Source: Bigelowiella natans CCMP2755
Lineage: Eukaryota; Protista; Cercozoa
DNA length: 37,623 nucleotides
NCBI GenBank assembly: GCA_000320545.1
Contig: ADNK01000163.1
Coordinates: forward strand, 1 to 37,623
Reading direction: 5' to 3'
The first letter of the stretch is position 1. Each line of letters starts with the position of its first letter. Below, one piece after another: positions 1-12,196 of the stretch. A program made the translations under genes and the position numbers. The notes below the pieces were generated by a model. It was not told where the DNA came from, ran no database searches, and saw only the letters and a program-made list of their open reading frames with translations.

Positions 1-464
1 AGGAGAGAGAGGAGAGAGAGAGAGAGAGAGGAGGAGGGGGGGGGGAGGAGGAAGTAGGGACGATGAAAGAGTGGTTGGCAATGACATCAAGGAGGAGAAT
101 CGGACTGGGATTGTGCAAACGCGAGCGACGAACAAGATCTTGGCGGATTTCGAGCACGACGCGCGGCGAGACGGAGTGCACGTAACTACAGTCTCACGGT
201 TCCCGGTACGGCTCACGGATGTAGGCAAAGGTTGGTCGAGATACTAATCCGGCAGCAGCATAAATTACCTGAAACAGAGACGAGCATTGACGGCTCAAAA
301 ACTCACCTTTCCACCACAAGAACACCGACCGACTGACATACATAGGAGATATGTTTCCACCTTTCACGATAGAGCCTCTCGTTCAACCCCTTCACGGTTA
401 AGAGCCGTTTACCAGTGCCTTAGCAGCGACGTCCGATAAGAGGGTCTTATCTTGGTGCTGCTTT

Positions 465-506
<42 letters not shown>

Positions 507-3478
507 CACTAGGTTATGCTAATCTCGGCAACGGGGGAGGGGCAAGGTTGTCTGCAGAGAGTGGAGAAAAGACAGTGAAATCAACGATGACGACCACTGA
601 CGATTTTGTCACGGTATCGCCCTTCGATCCCCTTACTGGCTGCACTCAATTATCCAAGCGCCTCCCTGGAAAGATCCCCACCATAAGACCAGACTTGCTC
701 GAGCCGCCAACGCGCCTTCGCTCGGCCGATGCGGAGATAGAAAGCGATTTCGACGATAAGCACTGGCGCATGTTCTATGGAACCCCGCCGGCACTTGACG
801 ACATCGGCATTCACCAGGGCCATGCTTGGTAGACGACAGAACAGACAGAGGAAAGCGAACGAAGATGAAGAGGGGAGGAGGGGAGGAGGGGAGGAGGGGA
901 GGAGGGGGAGAAGATAGAGAAAATTATATAGCACCTTATCGTGCGGCCAAAATTCTTCAAAGCGGCGTTGAATGTTCAATGTTCAATGTTCCTTCTTTTT
1001 ATATTATCCCTGCTACCACCACCACCATCACCACCATATCTCTGTAGGTACCGTGCAGAGGTAACATTGACAGAAGAATGCCTCCCGGGGCAGCCCACCA
1101 ATATACAGGGACGCACAGCCTCGTTACCACCACCACTTTCAGCGGGAGAATCGAAGATAGCACCCTTCTTGTACATCGAGCACGCAGACGACATTATAGG
1201 GGTGTACGTGAATGGACGGTATCTGACCACAGTCGCACCTCTTGGAAATCGTATAGACACGAGAGATAGGAGGGATTATCCTGAGCAAGTCTCTCTCGGG
1301 TGTGTTTTCGAGGGGTAGAGGAGAAGAGAAAAGGGGGGAGGGGGGGGGGGGGGTAGGGGAGCAAGAGGCGAGGAATGGATGAGAAGAGGCCAATGTAAGA
1401 TGTTAGATTCTTGCACATCGTGATCATTTTTGCCGGTCACCGTTTTTCCACATTGACCGATAAGTCCTCCTCCTCCTCCTCCTCCTTCCATTTCCCCTCC
1501 CCTCCCCACACCTTTTTCCTCCCTCGCCTTCTCCCCTCTCTGCTGGCCAAAAGGCTTTCCTCAGCATTGCATCCCGGTCGGAACGTGATTGTGTTTCTGG
1601 TCGAAATTTGGGGACACGGCGCCTTCGAGATGCCGACGGGAGGGCTGATGAGCAGCAGCAGCGGCAGCAGCAGCAGCAGTATGGCCCTCCCAGCGCTCTC
1701 TCCCCACGGTAAGAAGGGTTTGTCCGGAAGTGCCTTCCTTGGGAAGATCCCGCTAGATAGATGGCGGGTGCGAGCGAAGCTAAGCTATGAGATCGAGCAG
1801 CTGGATGCTGCTCCGATGTCACCACCGTCGTCATCACTACCATCGTTCCCTCCTGCTTCAACGGCAGCAGCAGCAACTGGTCGTTAAGAGGAGGGGCGGG
1901 GCGGGGGGGAGGGACGATCATGAAGCGTCTGTTTGTTAGGCAACGTTAGCATGTGTCTTGCTGCCTGGTTTGGTCCTACGTCACAGTGAAAAAACTGCAG
2001 GGCATGATGGTTGTGTTTCCAATGCCCCAGCTCCACTCTGCCCTCCATCTGCTCTGTGCAGCTACTGCTGCTATGTTATGTGTGCGTGCGTCATCCGAAT
2101 ATGTTGGTGTTATCGTGGAACGAAGATACGCATCGTTGTTGCCCTTCGCGGTGACGTCTGTCGATGAGAAACTAAGATATTAATATCCTCCTCTCACGGA
2201 CGCATAATCGTTTGCACGTGGATGCTCAATTAGGTCGCGCTATGGCTGGTAGGAGAGCTCGAGCCATCCTCAGTCGCCGCCTTGAACATGGCCGAGAAAC
2301 CTGCGACATCGATGGGAGAAGGAGCAGCGGCACTGGAAGAGGCGAGGGGAAGGGGCGTCCTATGCTGCTGCAGCTGTCTCCAGGAGCGGTGGTTGCGTAC
2401 GAGAAGGAATTCTTCACGGAGGAACTACCAAGCGTCGACGACTACAATGCGCCAGTGATGGTGCGGTTGAAGGGGAAGAACGCCAGCGCTACAGTCTTCC
2501 TTAACGAGAGCAAGGAACCCATTGGCAGGTCTATCGCCATCGTTGAAAGGGGATCTATCGCCATCGTTGAAAGGGGATGTAGGGGGGGAGGCGGGGGGGG
2601 GGAGAAGAGTCAACGATGTCCTATGCTCGCGATCTGTGAAATAATCATCACGAGATTGATGGTTACATTGTTATATTCGTCATCGTCAGCGTCATCGTCG
2701 CGTTGTTATCGTATGATTTCGTTTATCCTTCTATCATTCATCAACATCTAGGTGGCTCAGTGACGATGAATGGCTGCATAGAGGCAAGCAATGAAGAAGA
2801 ACAAATAGGATAATAGCGCTGCACTTAAATGACTATACGATTACATTCCAATCTGTGCTTTTCCCATGCTCCACTGTAGCCGTCGTCGTTCGAGATACCG
2901 CTTATGTGTCTGACAACAACAGCAGCGTGGTGGTGGGGGATAACAATTGGCATCATCATCATCATCATCATCATCATGCTCAGGAACGTGGGCAAACCCG
3001 ACGCGCGAGCTATGGAGCTACACAAACCCCGATCATATACCCCTTCCTCTCCGTGCCTTGAGAACGAATGGACGCAAGAACACGTTGCGGATCCTCTTCA
3101 AGGACACGTCCTCGCCGATCCACGCAGGACAAGCGCTGGAAGGCAAAACCAGCCGCAGCTGTGCGACCTGTGGCGGGGGCAGCGACGACGATGATAATGG
3201 TGATAATGATGGAGATGCCAAGGATCAGGAGAAGTAAGTGCTGGGAAAAGTACTGTTTTATTGCCCGTAGCACGCTCTTTGTGCGTGGATTTCCGCCGCA
3301 CTTGTTCGACGTATCTTTCTGTTTTGTGTTCTTGGCGTGTTCTGTTTCAGATTCGTTTCTCATATCTTTGCCTGCTAGGTGCGTTGAAGAAATGGGGGGT
3401 ATAGTGGAGCAGATCCAACTTGTGCTGAACGACGACGATCTTTCGGTTAGATATCTGTTGTCAATTGTCGCTCACTAA
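1..3478 (+). CDS. Beta-galactosidase (GH35-like), C-terminal jelly-roll domains; multi-exon, 5' end outside the window
   Basis: Spliced translation gives LDDIGIHQGHAW|YRAEV (intron 829-1047), YIEHADDIIGVYVNGRYL, LHPGRNVIVFLVEIWGHGAF, KKGLSGSAFLG, VVAYEKEF..ASATVFLN..IGR|WLSDDEWLHR|GTWANPTRELWSYTNPDHIPLPLRALRTNGRKNTLRILFKD and GGIVEQIQL. These match the repeated GH35 C-terminal pattern (WYR..F, G.N.I...V...GH, YVNG..IGR, FP.P...L...G.N.L). The catalytic TIM barrel is not in the window. The last exon is uncertain and may extend to about 3633. Confidence 0.75.
2530..2577. repeat. Perfect 24-bp tandem duplication (TCTATCGCCATCGTTGAAAGGGGA x2)
   Basis: Read directly from the sequence; it starts at the donor of a beta-galactosidase intron. 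Confidence 0.95.
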
Positions 3479-4504
3479 AAACGCACACGTACAGAAAAGA
3501 CAGTTGAGAGGATGAGGTTTCGAGAAGCTAATTGTCTTCATTCAGCGAGGGAGTCGAAGATTATATCGATGACTCCCATCCTTCAACGCACCCACACATC
3601 CGTGCCGCAAGGCTTTCGTTATGTTCTGATTGAGTGTTTTTTTAAAAAAACATCGGTGTGGACCCGCTGGTTTTAAAGATAAACGCTGAGGGCAAAACGG
3701 TACGCTCTTCTCATGCTGCCGTGAGGGGACAAGTCTTAATCGAGTCGGAGCATGCAACGAAATGAAAATAGTCTTGTGGTTCGACAACCAGCTAGAATAG
3801 ATCAAGGATATCTCTCTCCTTCATCACATACCCACAATAGAATACGAAACGACGACACTGTACGTGGGGCGACTGATAATGCACAACTGGTTTACAAGTA
3901 CTTGCTGGCAGTGAGATGGCCGTCGGATTGACAGATGACACGTATGCAACACGAGAATCGTGCTCGTAACGTAAGCATTATTGACAGGCCGACTGACGTG
4001 CATATGAATTGCATTGCTCCTGCGTCGTCTATATTATATGTAAATAATGATAAGCTAGTGCAAAAAGCTCGCCCTGCTGTGCATGTGCTGGCTATGTTAA
4101 ATTTGCAGCAGTTCGCAGTTAAATAGTAGAAGCGTGCGCGACTAGCTACATGCTTCTCCGGGATAGCAAGTTTCTACATATCGCATCTACATGCAAAAGC
4201 TAGCTACATCATAGCTGACGGTGCATTTAGACATTTAGACAGGCATACACAACGTACATCAAATAGCAACATGGCGATGGGCATCACCTAAGCACAGTGA
4301 TCAATGAAGTATGATTGCACCGCCGCATCAGTTCACGATGCTGTTGAACCTCGCATGTAAGCGCCATTGCGAGTAGAACGTCTACTAGACGCACATGTAC
4401 ATCAGTAGAAGTGTGCGCACATTCGGTATTTAAAAAATCATTTGATGTTCTCCAAGCCATTGCGCAAGTCTAGAAGTGTAGGGCGACCACAAAGGACGAA
4501 AACA

Positions 4505-5175
4505 CTACTTCAAATGAACTGCGATGCTAAAATAATTAAATTTAGCACGCGCCCGAGGGTAATTATCATTCTCGACTCTGTTTTTGATCGCTAGCACAAC
4601 ACGGCACAGCGTACACATCTTAGAATCTACACGTCGGCATCTCCGACCCTCCAACACAGACCACTAACCATGGTTGTGGTAATCTGCTTTTCGTTCTTGG
4701 ATGCTTTTTCTTTCTTCCTTCATTTTTGCATACAATTTGGCTTTCTCCTTTTCTGCCTCCACGACTCTGACAATGGCTTTGAATTCCTGCGAAATGCGGC
4801 GACTCAATACATTTGGAACATGTAAACAAATGCGAAGTATGATACACAGCGTTCAATCAAAGGGCAGTGGATGTGCACACTACTCCTAAGTCCCAACTTA
4901 CCTCACAAGTGATATATTCGCTGGAGTCAGTATCGCTTGTATTAAAAAGCCTTTCTACGACATCTTTCTTTTCTATGCTGAGGTTCTCGAAACCACAGAA
5001 CTGGCCTATGTCCGTTTTTTCCAAATACTGTCGGATTTCCAGCAAGTTGTTAGTATGGCTAGCATTGAAAGGAGGTTGTTGAAAAGTAGGCCCGCGCGTA
5101 CGTGTGTGTTGTGTGTCGCATGCTTATTAGTTGTTTTTGGTGGTGGGCGCAGTGTGTTAGATTATGTGTGTATGT

Positions 5176-5255
<80 letters not shown>

Positions 5256-6084
5256 GACATCGGTAAACTCGGTTCTTTCGATCAAGAGCGAATTGGGAGA
5301 ATTTTCGTTCACCGCAAAAACTACGAGACATAGTTGAGAGAACACGTGATTAATATGAGAAAATTAGTATGAGAGAATTAATTCAGAACATCGTTGGAAC
5401 ATTATAGATCATATCTATTCTATTCTGAGGTTTTTCCCTCCTCATTGTTACTACATCCATTAAAGATTTCCTCCATCTTTTCATCGATCTCTTGATACCC
5501 TATGATGATACAAACCGCTTTCTCAGGAGCTGGGATGGAGGAAGACAAGAAGCAAGTATCATACGTTGTTGCTGAATGATATTATTATGATCTGGAAGCT
5601 GGCTATTGTTATCATTCTCCGCCTCGGAAACCCATGAATTCAGTGAGCACGTATCGCCTGTACAGAGAGAGAAAGAGAGGAAGAGAGTATTGCCCTTCTA
5701 TTAGATCGACAGTGTCGTAAGAAAATGCGTGATACAGATTGATAGTGACCCATGACTCCAGGCCCTGGGAAAACTAGCTGCTCGTAGTTTTCTTTGGACG
5801 TTGGGGGGGGAAGGAGCACGGGCAGCAAGTGTCGGTTGGAGCTGTACAATCCCGGGATTGATTGTCGAACACCGGAACTTTTCTCCTTGTCGCTGCTTAC
5901 ATTTCGCTGCCATTTTCCACAACATTGAAGTTTTGTGCAGAGTTTTCGCCTCAAAACTCAAATTTTTTTCCCTTGTAGACTTGTAGATCTTCGCTTCTCT
6001 CGCGACATTTGTGTTCGTGGACTGCCCGTTCTGTCCAAAGGGGCACCAGATGGTTTGTCGCTCACTTCGAACGTCCGGATTCAT
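4505..6084 (-). CDS. EF-hand calcium-binding protein; multi-exon, 5' end uncertain
   Basis: Phase-consistent GT-AG splicing gives SHGSLSI|CDTCSLNSWVSEAENDNNSQLPDHNNIIQQQ|RYQEIDEKMEEIFNG|FFAVNENSPNSLLIERTEFTD|YLEKTDIGQFCGFENLSIEKKDVVERLFNTSDTDSSEYITCE|EFKAIVRVVEAEKEKAK..|..SIAVHLK*. DTDSSEYITCEE is an EF-hand loop, preceded by a degenerate partner hand. Confidence 0.65.
5165..5253. repeat. (TG)n microsatellite, intronic
   Basis: Read directly; lies in an intron of the EF-hand gene. Confidence 0.95.
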
Positions 6085-6939
6085 GTCAACATCCGAATAA
6101 TATTTCTAACTATCTGTGTTCGGATCCAATGTTGCAAGCATCCACGAAACTGTGCACACTGTGGAATCGCTTCATTCATTCATTCCAAAAGAAGAGGAGC
6201 ACCATGGAGTGCATTTTCAACTGTTCCAACGGAATCACTTCTTTCTTTCTTTCTTTCTTTCGTGTTGTCAGTTCATGCATTCATGTCTAAATGAACACGA
6301 TTCAATTTGATTCAATTCAATTCAATTCATTCGTTTGGTGTGCGTGCAAACACTCCTGCGAGATTGTGTTGCATTGTCTTTGCGTTCCTGAGCAAGAATG
6401 ATGGTGAGTTCCACCTGCAATCAGATCCATTATCACTTTTGCAATTATTGGATTGAATCTCCGCATGACTTGAGAAGCATCAAAATGAAGGACACATGAA
6501 AATGCAACTTCAACGCCACTAGACTAGCTAGCTAGGAGCCGAAGATTTCCCCCCAACGCGTGCAAAGAATGTCATGTAATGCATGAGAATGTCCATCCTT
6601 TCTGTGTTTCCTTTTTTGCATAACAATGCGTGCATTGTGAAATTTACTTGTGCGCGGATGCACTTGCTGTCTTGCAATAGAGTGAAAGAGCAATGCAGCA
6701 CAATTAGCACTTTCATGCAAGCTGGTTTCGTCGTGTGCACGCAGCTTTGTTGATGCACGTGTACATGTGCTGCACGTGTTCCCACAGCAGCTCATTCATT
6801 CATGTACACAAGACACGTAATTGTGTGGTAGAGCATTACGTAAGTAAGTACTACTACGAAAATACTCGAATAGACCCCACAGGCAATGATCTTGCGAACG
6901 GAAGCCCTCTAGTAAATGGCAAATGGGCTACATGTGTCG

Positions 6940-8443
6940 CTAGGTTTGATCACTTCTTCTCCTCTTCCTACTAATTGATTCTTTCTGCAATGGTGTGGAC
7001 TTTGTCGTACAGCTCGCCATTCTTCCGGGGGGGGATACGGCTACATCATCCGCTACTGCTGCTGCGCTCCTGAGGAAATCCCAGGATGCGCCCCACTGTG
7101 GCGGTTTCACTGGAGGTACAATAGACGACGAAGAAGATGAAGATGAGGTACCACGGGCTGTTGCATGTGAGCTGATCGGCCATATTTCGTTGACAGCTTG
7201 TTCGTAAGTAGTGAAATAGCACGTCAAACCTCCTGCACGGACCGCACTGACGAATTTTGACTTTTCATTGTCAGTCAAAACAAGGGGGGCGGCGACTGTG
7301 CGTCTTTGTGCCCCTCGGTCTTCGTCTCCGTTGGCCTTTTCTGCCTCCCGAAGACCTATTCGAACAAGAAACTAGAAAATATTTAAAGTAGTGAGTATGA
7401 GTCTCAATGTTCATCAAGGAGACACCAATTTATGCGTCTACCTCTCTTGGATTGGAATTGTAGCCGTTTGGCAGGTGGAACAACTGAATGTCGATGCTCT
7501 TCTCACTCCTCCTATTGCTATCACTGTTGTCATTCGACTCGCTCTCCATCGCACTCTTGCTTTCTGTTGGTGTGTTGTATGCCAAGAAACGGATTTTAAG
7601 AAAAAGGGCACTCCTTCCTTCCCCTCCCTCCCCTCAAAATATAAAACCCTGTTCACAACGCGGACCAGCTTAAAATCATGAGGAAAAATACACTGCTTCC
7701 TCTCCTCCTACTCGACTTCGTGTCAAAACCTGGCGATGACTCTTGTGCTACGTCGATCCCTACTTCCCCAAGAGCTTTGCATAGGTGTTGGGCAAGGCTC
7801 GTCTCCAGGCTGCATTTCCGGGACGAGCATCATTGATCGAAGCACACAAAAGGGGGGCAAGGGAGGGAGGAGGGGGGAAAGGTATCATAAGATTAGATTG
7901 AGGCTCCCGACAGCGTACTTATTAGAGCTTTTATACGATCAATGCCGATGAAAAAACAACCTTTTGCGCTCTCTGGGGAGCAAGGTCTTCGCATCCTGAG
8001 ATAACGGTGTATAAGAAATTTGTTGAGTTCTCCTACGACGCGCTCGAAACGGAGAGAAAGTTTAGCAGCGCCGTCCACCACGTATTGCGACGACTATTAC
8101 CAGGTATTGCGACAAGAGCGTATGCTGGCAGAAGTAGTAAACATTCCCGAAATCCTGCGGCGTTCAAAAGGTACAGTGAGTGGCAATCGCCGATGTTCTT
8201 CCTTTCCGTGTGCGTGGAGCGAAAGCACCCTTTCTTTTCGCAAGTTTTGCGGACCTGTTGGTATGGCTCTAGCCCATAGATGCTGAGATGTGTGAAGCTG
8301 TTGAACAGCGGAATCCTTCCTTTCGCATATTTCCAAAGAGCCGGCGTGCTGGGAGCTAAGGTTTTTGCGTCGCTGTTCCTATATGCATCGGAGTGTATCA
8401 ATCCTTCAGCTTGTCCAAAATAAGATATGGTTTCTAAAAATGT

Positions 8444-8474
<31 letters not shown>

Positions 8475-8486
8475 GCACGCACGCAT

Positions 8487-8544
<58 letters not shown>

Positions 8545-9902
8545 CATATTTGGCCATTCAGACCATTTGTAGGCTGCTTTAGCAAAAATATAGCCTGTCA
8601 TGTACGCATCGAAGCTTGCATCGTGTTCCTGACGAATCAACAAGACAACTCGGGAGACATCCTCAAAATGGCTCAAAGTAACGATAATAATAATTTCTGT
8701 GCATTTCCGAGGTCGAATGTAACACCCAGACATGTGCTTGCACACCGGCGTAATGACCTGAACTACAAGAGCGAAATCCGGATCGATTCGAATCTTTGGG
8801 GCAGACTTGAAGACTTCTGGGACCAAAAGCGTAGTCTTCGACTTTGCGTCGCCCTCCTTGTCCTCTTCCTTCTTAACCTGCTTACAAGCTGCCTCGTCTA
8901 TTCCTTTGAGCGTTTCATACGCGCCCTAAAACATAAAAGGAGGCTAAAAACCTAGGGAGGAGATCGACTGATGGGGGGGGGGGGGGGGGGCAAGCAATAG
9001 CTCCTGTCGTCACTCATCGCTCGTTACCGCAAGGTGGGCCTCTGGGATGAATGTGTGGTATGGCAGCTTAGCACTCGTGACGATGAAGCGCGTGTCGAAT
9101 ATGGTGGGAAACATCCTCGAAACGACTGCCAAACAAGACCATACACCGTTAGAATCGGGGGGGGTCTAGGTACGAGAGCACCGCCCATTTGCGCTCTTTC
9201 ACAATTTGTAGCGAGTATTATGCGTGCACACACATATGTTGCATCCCCCTTACCGTCTTTGAAGTGGTGGTATTCTGGGGGGCAAGGAATGACGAAATCG
9301 TTAATTATCCGGAGAAGATCCGTGAACATGTTGTGCCCCACCTGAGTGGAGAGACGGCAAAACGCAAGGTACAACACAACACGACGAGACACGTGAAGAC
9401 CGAGGTTGGACGCAATCTGCTTCACACACATGCCCACGGAGTAGTGCGACTCCTCTTGTATATGTTTCAAGCTAACCAATGGTTTCCCAGACTTGTGCAA
9501 AAGCTCAAGGAGAGCGCGGATCCCTGTCATCTCCGAAACCTAACGGTGGCACGACGGCAGCAGCAGCAACAACAACAACCACCGGAAGAGGGTCTTAGTT
9601 GAGGGGTGAAACCGCGAAGAGAACGTGAGTACACCATTCGTAGAACGACACCAAAGCCATTGTGATGGCGGCCTTCATGTCGCCGTTGATGGAATCAAAA
9701 GAGGGTCGCATCGTACCTGTGTTTCGAAATCCTGCTTCTTATTCTCCCTCTCCTTCTCCCTTTCTGCTGCGACTTGCTCGCGTGTCATCGCACGAATCCT
9801 TTCAATGTTGTTGTTGAGGCAGTGCATGCGTACGTGCAGCGGGCATAAAGCGTGGCGTCAGAGAGGAGAGCACCGAGGAAGAATGAGGAGGAGTATAAGA
9901 GC

Positions 9903-9941
<39 letters not shown>

Positions 9942-10422
9942 ACTAACTAACTCTCACTTAACTGCTGCATTCCTCGCATATCATTATTATACTCTCTGTT
10001 TCAATTATCGGTGGGAAGTGGATAATATCTCATCATCTCCATTATCATCATCTTCCTGTTTTCATTTTTTCCCCGTTCCTCTCTCCCCAGGGTGGACTCA
10101 CCGCATGAATGGCGCACTTTCTCGCATCGGATTCTCCTCCTACGCGGGATCAGAGAGTGAAGGGAAAAGGAGAGCGGGGGGAGAGAGAGAGAGAGAAGGG
10201 CGATAGTTCTCACTCAATGACAGCGCATACTGTCGACTAGAGGATGTATATCCATATTGAAAAGTTATTTGTGTGCATGCGTGCGTGTGTGGCCGCATCA
10301 TACCTTCGTAGCCGTAAGAATGGGGAACTCATATGATAACAAGTCGTAGACTAGCTTGCGATGGAATCCTTAGCAGCACACAACACATACACACACATCT
10401 ATGTATCATACATGCCTATTAG

Positions 10423-10467
<45 letters not shown>

Positions 10468-12196
10468 AATAGGGTTTCTGCTTTCGAATTCTTTGATTTT
10501 ATAATAAAATTAGGTCCGCCACCACGTACCGTTTTTTGGCTGTAGAAGGACGCTGGGGGCCTTCTGGTCTTCAGAATGTTCTTCACTGCTGTTTGTAGAG
10601 ATGTCCCCCTTCCCGGCGGCTGTACATGGACATATTAGCGGATAGCCATCCACAACCATCAGAAAAGCCTTCATAATACTCGGTACACAAATACACACGC
10701 ACAAAACCTTGTTGAAACTTCTGCGTAAGATTCTTGCACTGTGTCCTTGCCTGAGAGCACGCGTTATTATTGTTAGGACAATCACCACCGTTGATAACTG
10801 TATCGGAAGAAAGCAGGACACTCACTCACTCACTCACTCACTCACACACTCACATCCTGAATCCATTCGATGTCCCGAGCCCTTGTAGCTTGTGCCCTCG
10901 ATGGGGGAGACCGTGGTCCGGGAGACGCGCTGTTGCATCAAAAGATCAAAAGAATAACGATGAGCTTGGAAGAGGGACACAAGCAACTCCGACGACGGTC
11001 ACAAACACGTTCTTGCTGGTCACGGATTTTTGTTGTTGCTCTTTTGAATGCTTGCACCAAACAGATCGATCCAATTTAGTGAATGAGGAGAGAAGTGATT
11101 CCTGGTATGGATCTTAAATTACCATTGAACAGATGCCGCTGCTGCAGCAGCTTCGCTTTTCTCAATTCTGAGGAGCCGTAACAAAGATTAACTGAGCTCT
11201 TGCCGCAGTACGATGCTACGACAAAATCGACAACCAACATACCGTGATAACTTTTCTTGAAACTCCGTTCGCATATTTGACTCTTCGATGCAGCTTAAAG
11301 ATCCAATCCCCTAACACAAGCAGCGTGCATGAAACCCATCCTTGTTCTCAGAACAATGATCAATGATTATGATGATGATGATGATGAGAGGTATACCTTT
11401 TTCAACGAAGCGTTGAAATCGAAATTTTGGCTAGAAAGAAATCCTATCGAACCCACCTATGAAAATATAGCACAAAGTTCATTGACTCATGTATCATCCC
11501 GCCCGCCATCTTTCTTAATTTAATTATGGTCTCGCACATACTTGGAAGAGGACGCTCTTATTTAACCACCTTGAAATCCTTAGTGTTATGATAAGTTTCT
11601 CGTGAATAGGAATACACTTAAGTTTGGTAAAGTACAATTCGGCCGAAAAAGGTATTATCAGGCCATTTTGATGATACTTTTGCGGGAAGCAACGAAAGCT
11701 GTAGGGCCTAGCTGAGAGGGTGCCGTTCTCCGACCTTTGAAAATGAAAAGTTATGAAGCACGCTATGTGCGATTGTGGTCTAGTTGACAATCCGCGCGCC
11801 GCAGAGATTCGAACCTGGAGAATACGCAGAGACCGAGCTGCAGCGTCGTAAAGTCTTTCGTGCGTTTCCGCAGCTCTTGGTACCTGCGCAGCGCAAGTCG
11901 TGGTGAGTGAGTGAGCGGCTTCTCCAAGGGCTGTTTGAAGTAGTGTTTGGATTATCGATCACCTTCGCCATGGAGGATCAAACGGAAACGAGCGATTCCT
12001 TGTGGTGCTCGAATCCAAACCAGAGAACTCCAAGTCGAACGACACAAACAAGCACTTCTCGTCCTCGAGAGCCTTTTTGACTGACAGCCAAGCCTAGGAC
12101 GCAGACACAGGACAGAGTATGATAGGGATTAGCAGATCCGGGCATTGGAACAGCACCAGACTCTACCTCAGCGAAGTTTCCACGGTCGGCTTCCAT
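6940..12196 (-). CDS. PARN: PARN-like poly(A)-specific 3'-5' exoribonuclease (CAF1/DEDD family, R3H insert); multi-exon
   Basis: MEADRGNFAE|AWLSVKKALEDEKCLFVSFDLEFSGL (ExoI D-x-E), PFDPPWRR|YQELRKRTKDFTTLQLGLCVF, RPYSFRCFP, FLSSQNFDFNASLKKGIP, R3H-like NGFHRKLVYDLLSYEFP, SGKPL|VGHNMFTDL (ExoII) and EHDASFDAYMTGYIF (ExoIII). All four acidic residues and the His are present. The last exon ends ..SRKRRRSDQT* at 6940. Confidence 0.9.
8444..8540. repeat. Compound (CA)n(TA)n microsatellite, intronic
   Basis: Read directly; lies in a PARN intron. Confidence 0.95.

Noticed and set aside
2530-2577. 24-bp direct repeat as a possible CRISPR or target-site duplication
   Set aside because: Only two abutting copies, no spacer and no element between them; eukaryotic intron context.
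5055-5345. CVCVCV / HTHTHT ORFs resembling metal-binding peptides
   Set aside because: Pure (TG)n microsatellite translation inside an intron.
8365-8955. 196-aa plus-strand ORF with HTHT/YIYI runs
   Set aside because: Translation of intronic microsatellites, antisense to PARN.
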